A stretch of 64,000 bases of DNA, taken from positions 62,001 to 126,000 of the forward strand of contig CAZWDO010000007.1 of the NCBI GenBank assembly GCA_964632485.1. The letters are read 5' to 3'. Origin of the DNA: an uncultured bacterium. Lineage in GTDB: Bacteria > JAGOEH01. The notes below the pieces were generated by a model. It was not told the DNA's origin and made no database searches. It saw nothing but the letters and a program-made list of their open reading frames with translations. The position numbers and the translations under genes were made by a program. Shown here one piece after another: positions 50,301 through 58,896 of this stretch (positions within the stretch are counted from its first letter, which is position 1; each line of letters begins with the position of its first letter).

Positions 50301-51408
50301 CCGGGGAGATGTGGCAGGGAGTTTCACCATCCGTCGAACCGAGTCGGTTACCGCGCGACATGAGACACCAGGAGCCGACCCCCCAGGAGTCGTAACCATA
50401 GTCGTACAGATCTGGCAAACCCAAAGCATGTCCAAATTCATGGCAAAAAACGCCAATCGTCATCATCGAGGAATCGACTTTCGTCTCCGGATCCATATTA
50501 TAGGCATCGATCACCACTCCGTCATAACTGCGGGTATATCCGACTGCGGTGCTCAGTCCCCACATGTGGGACCAGATATAGTCATCTCCGGCGCCATCGG
50601 CCTCATCGGGTCCGGAATGAACGACAATCACGGCATCCAGATACCCATCGCCATCGTTATCATATTGCGAAAAATCGATACCCGCCGCTTCAGCCGCATC
50701 CACCGCCTCCACGACCAGATCACCGGCATGGGGGGCGTGGGGAAAATTGCTGTCTTCAGAATTCTCGCCGTAATAACGATACCCGTTCTGCGCGCGATAC
50801 CAGCCTCGAACATCAACCGATACATCCAAATCTCCATACGACACTTCCTGATAATAATCCTTGAAACTGCCCGTGCCGTTATATCCCGGCTGGTTCATCA
50901 GTGAATCAAAATTCTCCGCGCTGTATCGCCCCGGCAGATCGGGAAACTCAATGAGCAACATCAATACCCGTTGCGTCTGCGGAACCGCTTTTTTATTCAG
51001 TCCCCGCAGTTCAATTTTTTTTAACAAACTCTTAAATAAATTTTGACGCGTTTGCATGACCGGTGAGTGTTCAAACCATTCATCGCCGGGCCGCAAATGT
51101 TTAGATTTATCATTCAAATGCTGGCGTTCGTTCGGGGAGCGTTGCTGCTCATCATTCATTTTTTGACCGCTTGCGCGTAAAGAACCATCAGAAGCTTTCT
51201 CCGCGTATTTCCACCATCCATCCTCATCCCGCTTAATCGTATATCCATCCAGCGTCTCATGCCAATGACAAAACTCATCACCCATCAAATATACCTCAAT
51301 ACCGGTTCCATCCGGCTGCGTAATCCTCACCGGTTTCTCGGTCGCTGGCACAGCCCACAGCGCCTGGTACCATACTGCCAAAATTATAAATGCAAAAATA
51401 CGCATCAT
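47323..51408 (-). CDS. M6 (immune inhibitor A-type) metalloprotease with tandem CARDB-like repeats and T9SS type A C-terminal domain
   Basis: Propeptide QPDG..GDE..HW.ET.DGY; HEFGHALGLPDLYD; WCLMS.G; C-terminal NFPNPFNPTT.I.F...YN.LG...LPSGVYFYR..KLMLIK. Confidence 0.93.
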   Translation of the reverse strand: MMRIFAFIILAVWYQALWAVPATEKPVRITQPDGTGIEVYLMGDEFCHWHETLDGYTIKRDEDGWWKYAEKASDGSLRASGQKMNDEQQRSPNERQHLNDKSKHLRPGDEWFEHSPVMQTRQNLFKSLLKKIELRGLNKKAVPQTQRVLMLLIEFPDLPGRYSAENFDSLMNQPGYNGTGSFKDYYQEVSYGDLDVSVDVRGWYRAQNGYRYYGENSEDSNFPHAPHAGDLVVEAVDAAEAAGIDFSQYDNDGDGYLDAVIVVHSGPDEADGAGDDYIWSHMWGLSTAVGYTRSYDGVVIDAYNMDPETKVDSSMMTIGVFCHEFGHALGLPDLYDYGYDSWGVGSWCLMSRGNRLGSTDGETPCHISPVLKFLLQWGSYHLVMSDQNGVAIPPYASDGDYYILASNGDYSGLQTYTGELFIAENRQKTGFDSGLPGHGLLVWHIDMDRFVYNFSRPNEDQNHKSVDVEEADGKNDLDFRPGGNHGDGGDPFPGTSLNTKFDWSSNPNSRFYTQVISQIAVSGITERNDTIIANLLVNDHSAVYPDLSAGNNCAGWSDAILLSRVPGVLPISESFDSAGTFYIHSAIQNTGDDTLTIPGNIPVWQLYLDDQLIRDIRNYDFTQELAVQYHDNQPRGVSQCWDGEAVGVIFDLSMFENATLEKVDFNHFNAYCPGTSLYNLHVLDWENMRWIGHIDSLTAEETSALAVWETGIELGSLAGADQVGIFVEPLTPDSSFYDEDEIIVYYPSVSVDRSLDQGTRNYYCAINDPFSSYYSYFEGDLLINLWIRADGIDGLAKAPVISSSAAPKIDKIEKSMKHPRRSRKISVKNPLPQYRYLNIGAAIAFDSLLAPGECLADIDSTGIYLETGNYQLTMLIDPHGKLDSLASGNNLYSRQITVSKPVEGDLRPSAECYLTDPVILTGNDSSWVDIDSVGGLPAGAYYYATEITLEGDDPVLFYDNESIWKVYYDGFPILRLGWWNYSEPYKIQYHDNNPTSAFFQRWNEGFGTIFSLDNFGENVELLSLEFAHYGFGIFSGPSNFKVHIFDVINMQPIFSSNTLQAKDAYSQIEWDTVSFDSLVVNIPAIGVFIEPLSGSIIDDAYPAIMTDATPVAFPQTQYVINLNNPFESPQDVYYENQEMGDFIMNLWIKVNDEKFMAKRIPWPAKPSDASRIASGLNKLQSRNRRVPLSALPKPRLETVYLNLQPGAIPNENYLSPGCFSHNPHPLVLSEGQHVLRIQCDPDDVIVESDEENNVYERSFTILPVTVEELDQLVPRQSFMNQNFPNPFNPTTMIEFGLSTPGHVRIALYNLLGEQVSILFEGEKAAGNYKLQIDARSLPSGVYFYRIESVDFQTSRKLMLIK

Positions 51409-51438
51409 TTAAAACTCCTCCTGTTAAATTTTTAACAT

Positions 51439-51467
51439 AATATAATTCCATTTTATAGCTAAGTCAA
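51439..51467 (-). promoter_or_regulatory. Sigma70 promoter (TTGACT-17-TATATT) for the M6 protease
   Basis: Reverse-complement hexamers with a 17-nt spacer. Confidence 0.6.
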
Positions 51468-51690
51468 GTTTTTTTTTATTTAAATCAACTATGTAGCGAG
51501 ATCGGTGATGCCACTCCTACTCACTTTTTTTATGCTGAAACGGAATGATGTTAAAAAATTCTTAATTTTTTTTACCTTGACATTAGGAAGAATCTGCCCT
51601 ATTATAAAATTGACCGGCATTCCAAATCGTTTCATAAATTACCAAAATTTGTGAATTATGCAAATGTGTAAAAACAAAAAGGAGAATAGT

Positions 51691-53019
51691 ATGAGAACAC
51701 TAAGCGTCAGGTATGTGATTTTTTGTACCATCTGTATTTTAGCGGCTGGAGTTTGGCTGCAAGCGGCGGATTTGTATGTATCAAAAGAAAAAGGCGACAA
51801 CCAGAATCCCGGAACAAAAGAAGCGCCTTATAAAAACCTCGAGTCGGCGTTGAAATCAGCTCAGTCTGGAGACCGTATCCATGTCGCCCAGGGCAATTAC
51901 ACGGGTTTGCGAGATAAAGGGTATATGGAAGCCCCTCTACCCGTTGAGCTTTTAGGGGGTTATTCATCCGATTTTTCCACTCGTGATATCGTAAAATTTG
52001 CCTCCACAATAATTCCATCGCGCGAGTCAGGCGCAAGCGGACGCAAACCGCTCCTCAGCATACTGAATGTCCCCGTGGGAACTGTATTCATTCTCGATGG
52101 ATTCATCTTCGATCGAGGTGAGCAGAATGCCTATTCACCCAAAGAATCAGTGATTGAAGGATTGAGCGGACGGATTATGAGCGCTACAGAAAAACCGTTA
52201 ACAGGTCCCAGTACCGTAGAAGAACCGTTAATATGCTTTACAAACAAAGTAAATGCCAAAATTGAAGGTGAATTGATTATCCGCAATTGTGTGTTTCTAA
52301 ATGGACATTTTGGCATTCAAGGAAGCTTTAAAAAAGGAACCGTTAGAATCATCAACAATATTTTTATTGCCAATAAAATGGCTGCGATCGAAATATTCGG
52401 CCTTGGGGGCAAAAAGGGGCCGAGAGGGCCAATAGAAAAAGACGGCAATGTTGAGATCGCCCATAACTCTATTCTGTTTACATGGAGCCGTTTGAAAGAT
52501 TTTGGCGATATGGGATATGGAATCCGGGTGATGACTATGGTATCATACGATATCCACGATAATTTGATTGGCTGCAATATTTTCACCGGCATCGACCACA
52601 CCCGGAACAATCTGAATGAATGGGTAAAAATCGATAACAACGTTATTTTTATGAACAAGCAAGCGCCGCTTTTGTATGTCGAACCCGGGACGTCGGCGGC
52701 AGGAAAAATGGAGCGGGTAAAAATTGAAGATATGAATGCTGATTTGGGATTGGCAAGCTGCAAGGGAAATACCGATCAGATAAGCAAAAAATTACCGGTC
52801 AATAAACTTTATTTCGAAAATTTTCTAAGCGCCCGCTATAGTGAAACTGCGGATTTTGATCCAAACTCATCCGCAAATGTGATGCGCGAAGTCATGGGAT
52901 TGCCCAAACAAGGCAAATTGACCACTAAAGTAAGTATGTTTGCCAACCGATACCCGATGAAAGACGCCCTGGAACTTTTCGGGGCATTGCCCAATGCAGG
53001 CGCTCAAAAGCCGCAATAA
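51691..53019 (+). CDS. Exported right-handed beta-helix protein (DUF1565/pectin-lyase-like)
   Basis: Signal peptide; YVS..GDN.NPGT..APYKN...AL...GD.IHVAQG.Y; I.NN.F repeats. Start ATG 51691 after AAGGAG; promoter TTGACA-17-TATTAT at 51577-51605. Confidence 0.82.
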   Translation: MRTLSVRYVIFCTICILAAGVWLQAADLYVSKEKGDNQNPGTKEAPYKNLESALKSAQSGDRIHVAQGNYTGLRDKGYMEAPLPVELLGGYSSDFSTRDIVKFASTIIPSRESGASGRKPLLSILNVPVGTVFILDGFIFDRGEQNAYSPKESVIEGLSGRIMSATEKPLTGPSTVEEPLICFTNKVNAKIEGELIIRNCVFLNGHFGIQGSFKKGTVRIINNIFIANKMAAIEIFGLGGKKGPRGPIEKDGNVEIAHNSILFTWSRLKDFGDMGYGIRVMTMVSYDIHDNLIGCNIFTGIDHTRNNLNEWVKIDNNVIFMNKQAPLLYVEPGTSAAGKMERVKIEDMNADLGLASCKGNTDQISKKLPVNKLYFENFLSARYSETADFDPNSSANVMREVMGLPKQGKLTTKVSMFANRYPMKDALELFGALPNAGAQKPQ

Positions 53020-53061
53020 CTTGGGTATGGCGATCAGCCGCACTCAATCTATTTATCAAAT

Positions 53062-53095
53062 AAAAAAGCCCGCAATGTCTGAAGTTGCGGGCTTT
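53062..53095. terminator. Intrinsic terminator between convergent genes
   Basis: AAAGCCCGCAA / TTGCGGGCTTT stem. Confidence 0.8.
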
Positions 53096-53221
53096 CCAAA
53101 AAACCTGACAAGCTTAGTTATTTAAAGAATTCCACTCTGATAATCATCTATTCAACAGAGTTCTTACCATAAAATTACTGTGCGTCTAAAATTTCAGGTT
53201 ATTTATTTCCTTTTTGATATT

Positions 53222-55144
53222 CTATTTAGCGGAATCAATGACCATCTCTATCTTTCCGCCCAGGTTTTTCCCCAGGAACTCTTCCATCGCCCGATAAAAA
53301 TCGAAACGATTTTCTTCATTTCTGAATCCATGGCCTTCATTTTCCTTAACCATATAGGGTACATCGATTCCACGAGCTTTCAAGGCTTCTACAATCTGTT
53401 CGGATTCCGCTTTTTTCACGCGCGGATCATTGGCGCCCTGAGCGATTAAAAGCGGAGTTTGGATGCGGTCAGCATGAAATACTGGCGATACTTCCCATAG
53501 CAACAGGCTATCTGCTTTTGGATCGCCCACCATTTCATAAAACATCTGCCGCATGGGTTCCCAATAGGGTGGAATTGTTTCAAGCAGAGTGAAAATATTG
53601 GAAACGCCCACATAATCGATTCCACAGGCATAAAGTTCCGGCGTTAAAGTCAAACCGGCCAGCACTGCATACCCTCCATAGGACCCGCCGTAGATACCGA
53701 TTTTAGTGGAGTCCGCTATTCCCTGTTGGATTAACCAATTGGCAGCATCGGTAATATCATCCTGCATTTCTTTGCCCCATTTTTTAAAACCTGCTTCCCA
53801 AAAAGCGCGCCCATAGCCGACGGAACCGCGGAAATTCATCTGCAATACGGCGTATCCGCGATTCGCTAAAAACTGAACTTCAGGGTTAAATCCCCAATTA
53901 TCCCGCGCCCAGGGACCTCCGTGTGGATTAATCACTACCGGTAAACTTTTTGCTTCCATTCCTGCCGGCAACGTTAAATACCCATGAATCGTCATGCCAT
54001 CCCGCGACTGGTAGGAGATCGGTTTCATTTCAGCCATTTTGGATTCATCCAACCAGGGGCTGACTTCTGTCAATTTCTTTAAATTTTTGGATTCCATATC
54101 ATAAAAATAATAGGCGCCCAAGGACCGATCACTATACGTTCTTACAAGACAACGGGTTTCTTCGCGATTCATACTGGTGACGACGGCTTCATATCCCGGT
54201 AACTTTGCTTCAATATCCTGTTGCAACTGCTTGCGGGTATCGTCAAAAAACTCATAGTGTCTTTTATCCGTAATATAACCTACACCCGTGATAATTTTAC
54301 GTTTATCGGAACGCAACAAAGTGGCAACATCCACTTCGGGATGCTCATATATCGTTTCCAATTCTTTGGCATTGGCAATATCATACTTGATAATCGCAGC
54401 TTTATCGCGTCCCAGATTCGAGGATACATATAGATTTTGATTATCATAAGTAAAAAAAAGCGGCGCCACCGTTTCTTTAAAATTAGTGGTCAATACACTT
54501 TTAAAGGGTTCAGACTCTGCTGCCCGATAAAGCAGACTTGAATTCACGCCATCAGTAGTAACAGCAACTCGCAATTTACCATCATGATCGGTGACCCATT
54601 CGGTTACATTCCCCGGATTTTCAGCAATCACGGACATTTCAGCAGTGACGATATTGATGCGGTAAACATCGAAAACGCGAGGGTCGCGCTGATTCATAGC
54701 GATCAGCATTTCATCGTCATTATCTTTGAGATCATCGACGATTTCCACCCGGGTATTTTCAAACGGAGTTAATTCTTTATAATTAGCGCCGTTAATATCA
54801 ACCACAAAAAGATGAAAATTTTCATTGCCGCCCTGATCCTGCAAATAGGCAATCCGTTGATTTCCAGCCCAAAAATAGCGAATAATATCGCGGGAAGTAG
54901 CTTTTGTGACCTGCACCGCGCTATCGCTGTCAATCGATTGCACAAAAACATTCAAACGAGTCTCCCATGGCCGTAAAAAAGCCACTTGTCCGCCATCCGG
55001 AGATAATTGAAAATAAGTCTTTTCAGGATTGCGGAAAAAATCCTTCATCGGTATTAATGTCGTGGCTGTTTTCTTAGCGCCGCAATAAATAAAAAGGCCG
55101 AGGATCAAACCAATCAAAGCCATCAATACAAAACAACGTCGCAT
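53222..55144 (-). CDS. S9 family (prolyl oligopeptidase/acylaminoacyl peptidase) lipoprotein
   Basis: Lipobox FIYC; PHGGPW, GGSYGGY, QGANDPRV, EGHGF catalytic triad. Confidence 0.94.
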   Translation of the reverse strand: MRRCFVLMALIGLILGLFIYCGAKKTATTLIPMKDFFRNPEKTYFQLSPDGGQVAFLRPWETRLNVFVQSIDSDSAVQVTKATSRDIIRYFWAGNQRIAYLQDQGGNENFHLFVVDINGANYKELTPFENTRVEIVDDLKDNDDEMLIAMNQRDPRVFDVYRINIVTAEMSVIAENPGNVTEWVTDHDGKLRVAVTTDGVNSSLLYRAAESEPFKSVLTTNFKETVAPLFFTYDNQNLYVSSNLGRDKAAIIKYDIANAKELETIYEHPEVDVATLLRSDKRKIITGVGYITDKRHYEFFDDTRKQLQQDIEAKLPGYEAVVTSMNREETRCLVRTYSDRSLGAYYFYDMESKNLKKLTEVSPWLDESKMAEMKPISYQSRDGMTIHGYLTLPAGMEAKSLPVVINPHGGPWARDNWGFNPEVQFLANRGYAVLQMNFRGSVGYGRAFWEAGFKKWGKEMQDDITDAANWLIQQGIADSTKIGIYGGSYGGYAVLAGLTLTPELYACGIDYVGVSNIFTLLETIPPYWEPMRQMFYEMVGDPKADSLLLWEVSPVFHADRIQTPLLIAQGANDPRVKKAESEQIVEALKARGIDVPYMVKENEGHGFRNEENRFDFYRAMEEFLGKNLGGKIEMVIDSAK

Positions 55145-55571
55145 AATCACTCCTGGTTAAAGTTAAAAAATAATAGTCTCTCCCTACCTGTTTTGCAACG
55201 ATAAAATAAATTTCCAGGCAAAAGGCCAAAACCCCTCTCCAGCCTACTGAGCAAAATCATCATACCCAGCCGAACAATTTCCCCATCTTGTGGAAACCCA
55301 AACCCAATCTGCAAGACAAGCTATAATCAATCGGTTATTTTAAGTTTTAATTATTTGTGCTACCTTATTAACTTATACCTTAAAATCGCAAGTAACAGAT
55401 GATGAACCTTGAAAACTCAAGAATCAGAATATTCAGAAAAAACCCCCGGCTGGAGATGCGGTGTCCGAACAGATAAATCTGATTGGTCATCGTGCGATGA
55501 ATTACCGATTCAATATCAGATCAAATACAATTTTTAGGTTGTAATAGATACATGCTTTAAGTCTGAAAGAA

Positions 55572-55610
55572 TTTCCCTTTCAATCCCACAAAAGGGAATT
55601 GAAAGGGAAA
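55572..55610 (-). terminator. Hairpin/terminator downstream of the OMP gene
   Basis: TTTCCCTTTCAAT / ATTGAAAGGGAAA inverted repeat. Confidence 0.65.
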
Positions 55611-55655
55611 AAGGCAGACTATCCGTTGATACTTAATAATAATAAGATAAAAGCA

Positions 55656-56297
55656 TTAAAAATAGCGGACAAAGGTAAATCGTGAGACCATGTGATTATC
55701 GGCTTTGTTATCGACCCCCAGGAATACCAGAATCGAATTATTTTCGCCATAGGTAGGGAAACTAATGGCGCCGCCGAATTGAAGCGAAGCCAGGCTTTCT
55801 TCGGCATCATCGGAAAGGTCCATGGTCAATTCGACCTGGGGACCAATTGCCAGCCAATCTGTCAGGCTGTAGGTCGCATAATAACGGCCGTAAAAATAGG
55901 GATAATCTTTAGTGGAAGCCAATACACCATGCCCGTAAATATTCCAGGCCTCAAAATAAAGCTTATCCATCGACGAATAAAAATAAAGCTGCGGCAGCAG
56001 GTATTCCGTTTCACCACTGCTCAGGTTCATGTAGGAACCGAACATGGGGCAGATATCCAGTTTGCCGTCCGCAAACGAAAAATAGGGTCCGATTTCCATT
56101 TCGAAGCCATTGCCATCGGGAAAATAGATTATTTCATGCGCTAACGTTAAACTTCCCATTTTGTTCTGGCCGCCAAACCATAGGCCGAATCCAGCCGCTT
56201 CGCCGTCTACACGCATAAAGCTTGATTCCATCTGGGCATTCACAACTACCGCCAATGTCAAACTGAACACAATTGCCATCAAAGCCAAACGCTTCAT
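55656..56297 (-). CDS. Small outer-membrane beta-barrel protein, unknown substrate
   Basis: Signal peptide (..VVNA-Q), amphipathic strands, C-terminal RFTFVRYF. Start ATG 56297 after GAAGGAG. Confidence 0.75.
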   Translation of the reverse strand: MKRLALMAIVFSLTLAVVVNAQMESSFMRVDGEAAGFGLWFGGQNKMGSLTLAHEIIYFPDGNGFEMEIGPYFSFADGKLDICPMFGSYMNLSSGETEYLLPQLYFYSSMDKLYFEAWNIYGHGVLASTKDYPYFYGRYYATYSLTDWLAIGPQVELTMDLSDDAEESLASLQFGGAISFPTYGENNSILVFLGVDNKADNHMVSRFTFVRYF

Positions 56298-56425
56298 AGC
56301 ATCTCCTTCCAAAAAAAAGGGTTAATTCCCAATCCCTTACATCCGGTAAACACCCGCAAATCAAAATCCACTTGGGGGATTGAGACAATTTTTAACCGCG
56401 CACATTGCAGTTAATCCTATAGTTT

Positions 56426-56454
56426 AATATAAATATAAAAATTAAATTTGTCAA
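56426..56454 (-). promoter_or_regulatory. Sigma70 promoter (TTGACA-17-TATATT) for the OMP gene
   Basis: Reverse-complement hexamers with a 17-nt spacer. Confidence 0.7.
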
Positions 56455-56588
56455 ATATTGTTTTATTCAACGATTAAAATAATTAATGGAAATCTGTCCC
56501 TCAGTCAAGAGTCTATTTCTCCTCATAATTCGGGAGATCAAAAAAAACTATATCGCTAAATATATTTATTGATAAATGAAGTTTTTCC

Positions 56589-56617
56589 TTGACAAGCTGC
56601 ATTGCATCGCTTATAAT
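56589..56617 (+). promoter_or_regulatory. Perfect consensus sigma70 promoter (TTGACA-17-TATAAT)
   Basis: Exact hexamers, about 235 nt upstream of the DHH-family gene. Confidence 0.8.
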
Positions 56618-56852
56618 TCGTTTAGAGTATGCCTGGCTGATAAATAAATAAAAATGTTTTGCAGCGACTAAATGATGTTGAACTGGATTCGGCAGATTAT
56701 CTAACGCCATTGTATCCAAACGTTTTAATTAGATTGTGACAGGTATGCGGAATATGAAATTTCATATTATGATACGCGTTTGACATCGGGTTTTCCGTAC
56801 AGCACCCGAACGAAACGATACTGTTTTGTGATTTAAAAGAAAGGAGCGCACG

Positions 56853-57773
56853 ATGCGTCTTTTAACCCGTTCAGATTTTGATGGATTAGGTTGCGCCGCC
56901 CTACTCAAGGAAATGGGCTTGGTTGATGAAATAAAATTCGTTCATCCGAAAGACATTCAGGACGGTTTGGTGGAAGTGAATGAAAATGATGTTTTAACCA
57001 ATATTCCCTATGTCAAGGGTTGCGGACTCTGGTTCGACCATCATTCAAGTGAGCAGGAACGAAAGAATTACGGTGATTTCAAAGGCCTCAGTGATACAAA
57101 AGCGCCCAGCGCCGCCCATGTGATCTATGAATATTATGGCGGTCGTGAACGCTTTCCGGACGCCCATATTCAGGATTTAGTGGCTGCTGTGGATAAAGCG
57201 GATTCAGCAAATTTTACAGTCGATGAAATTCTTAATCCTAAAGGCTGGGTTTTATTATCTTTCATCATGGACCCCCGAACGGGTTTAGGTCGCTATAAAG
57301 ATTACCGCATTGGTAACTATGGCTTGATGATGGATATGATTGATTACTGCCGTTTAAATACTATTGATGAAATATTAGCAAACGCCGATGTCAAGGAAAG
57401 AATCAATCGTTATTTTGAACAAGACAAATTGTTCCGGGAGATGATCCTGAAAAATAGTCAGGTTGTCAACAATCTTGTAGTGCTTGATTTACGCAATCAA
57501 GAAGAAATCTATACGGGCAATCGATTCCTCATTTATAGCTTATATCCTGAACAAAACATTTCCATGCAGATCATTTGGGGTTTCCGCAAACAAAATGTCG
57601 TTATCACTTGCGGACACAGTATTATCCAACGAAATTCACAAACCAATGTCGGTTCTTTAATGCTAAAATATGGCGGAGGTGGACATTACAAAGTTGGAAC
57701 CTGCCAAGTACCGCACGCTGATGCCGAACGTATCATCAAGGAAGTTATCGATCAAATCACAATGGATGGTTGA
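56853..57773 (+). CDS. DHH-family phosphoesterase (exopolyphosphatase-related/nanoRNase-like)
   Basis: RLLTRSDFDG, FVHPKD, FDHHSSE, MDPRTGLGR, GGGGH..VGTCQ. Confidence 0.9.
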   Translation: MRLLTRSDFDGLGCAALLKEMGLVDEIKFVHPKDIQDGLVEVNENDVLTNIPYVKGCGLWFDHHSSEQERKNYGDFKGLSDTKAPSAAHVIYEYYGGRERFPDAHIQDLVAAVDKADSANFTVDEILNPKGWVLLSFIMDPRTGLGRYKDYRIGNYGLMMDMIDYCRLNTIDEILANADVKERINRYFEQDKLFREMILKNSQVVNNLVVLDLRNQEEIYTGNRFLIYSLYPEQNISMQIIWGFRKQNVVITCGHSIIQRNSQTNVGSLMLKYGGGGHYKVGTCQVPHADAERIIKEVIDQITMDG

Positions 57774-57956
57774 ATAAAAGAGATCCGACCTCGTCTGCAG
57801 CCGTTACTTCCAGCGTGGAAGCCTTAGAAAAATTCCGATACAAAAGGATCGGAATTCAGCCGATTAGTATGGGTTGAACACGCTGGGGACTATTTGAAAA
57901 TTCAATGAGTTTTGGTCTATGAAAATTGATGAAAATGGACTAATTATAAACGGGGA

Positions 57957-58682
57957 TCAACTGATATCGGCGTTTAAATGATTAACTATTATAGAATAGA
58001 TATATTCATGAATTTTCTTTTTAGTTTCTTCATTTAGTGTCTCTACGGCAATTGGCTCTAGAATCGTTAATCGTACACTCCCGGCTTGAATACGGTGATG
58101 TTTTTCTTTCAGTTTCCAGGTTCCGTCAATGCAAAGCGGGATAATCCACCCCCCGGCCGATAAAGGTAAATGGAAACTCCCTTTTTTAAAAATACCCGGT
58201 TGCCGTGAACGGCTGCGCGTCCCTTCCGGAAAGATGACCAACGCATGGCCATCCCGAATATTTTGCGCTCCTTGATGAATTACCCTCAAAGCTGCCCGTA
58301 CATTTTTACGATCCAGAAAAATACAATGCAAAGCGCGCATCCAAACATTGACAATTGGGAATAATTTGAGCTCTTTTTTGGCAATAAAGCCCACTATCCT
58401 CGGAATGTAACCGATAATCAACGGAATATCAAAACTGCCCTGGTGATTGCTGACGAAACAAATCTGAGAGGACGCGGGTAATCGCTCAAGTCCAGCGACG
58501 GTAACAGTGGCTCCAGCGGCCCACAATAACAGACGTCCCCATATTGTGGAACATATTCCCGCATATTTAGCGGCCAAATCGTTTCGTTTAATGCTATAAA
58601 GGATGCCATAGGGTAGTAACAGCGGAATAGTGATCACCATAAACACCCAAAAAAAAGAATACCAAAATAGAGTACGTATCAT
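57957..58682 (-). CDS. plsC: 1-acyl-sn-glycerol-3-phosphate acyltransferase
   Basis: SNHQGSFD (HX4D), FIAKKEL, FLDR, IFPEGTRS. Confidence 0.92.
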   Translation of the reverse strand: MIRTLFWYSFFWVFMVITIPLLLPYGILYSIKRNDLAAKYAGICSTIWGRLLLWAAGATVTVAGLERLPASSQICFVSNHQGSFDIPLIIGYIPRIVGFIAKKELKLFPIVNVWMRALHCIFLDRKNVRAALRVIHQGAQNIRDGHALVIFPEGTRSRSRQPGIFKKGSFHLPLSAGGWIIPLCIDGTWKLKEKHHRIQAGSVRLTILEPIAVETLNEETKKKIHEYIYSIIVNHLNADIS

Positions 58683-58896
58683 ATATGCTAAATATGATGA
58701 TCCGGTATCACCGAATAAAAGTTATTAATAGTTTCTCTCAACTTACTCAAACATCAACTCGACAGATGCCAAAATCTTTCGACGCCCATCAATTTACATT
58801 GACGCTATCTCGAAACAGATTTCTCACAATTCATTCAATACCGCAATCCGACCGGTTTAAACCAGTCGGATTGCGAAAAAACAAATACAGCGATAA

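Noticed and set aside
47797-50904. Long antisense ORFs (278 aa at 47797-48633 and 218 aa at 50248-50904)
   Set aside because: Shadow frames of the well-supported M6 protease, with no motifs of their own.
55245-55285. CTGAG...ATACCC...GAAC, reminiscent of a TPP riboswitch
   Set aside because: Lacks CTGAGA, the CCTGAT/TAATxCC...GGGA 3' half and a P1 stem; no sense-strand gene follows.
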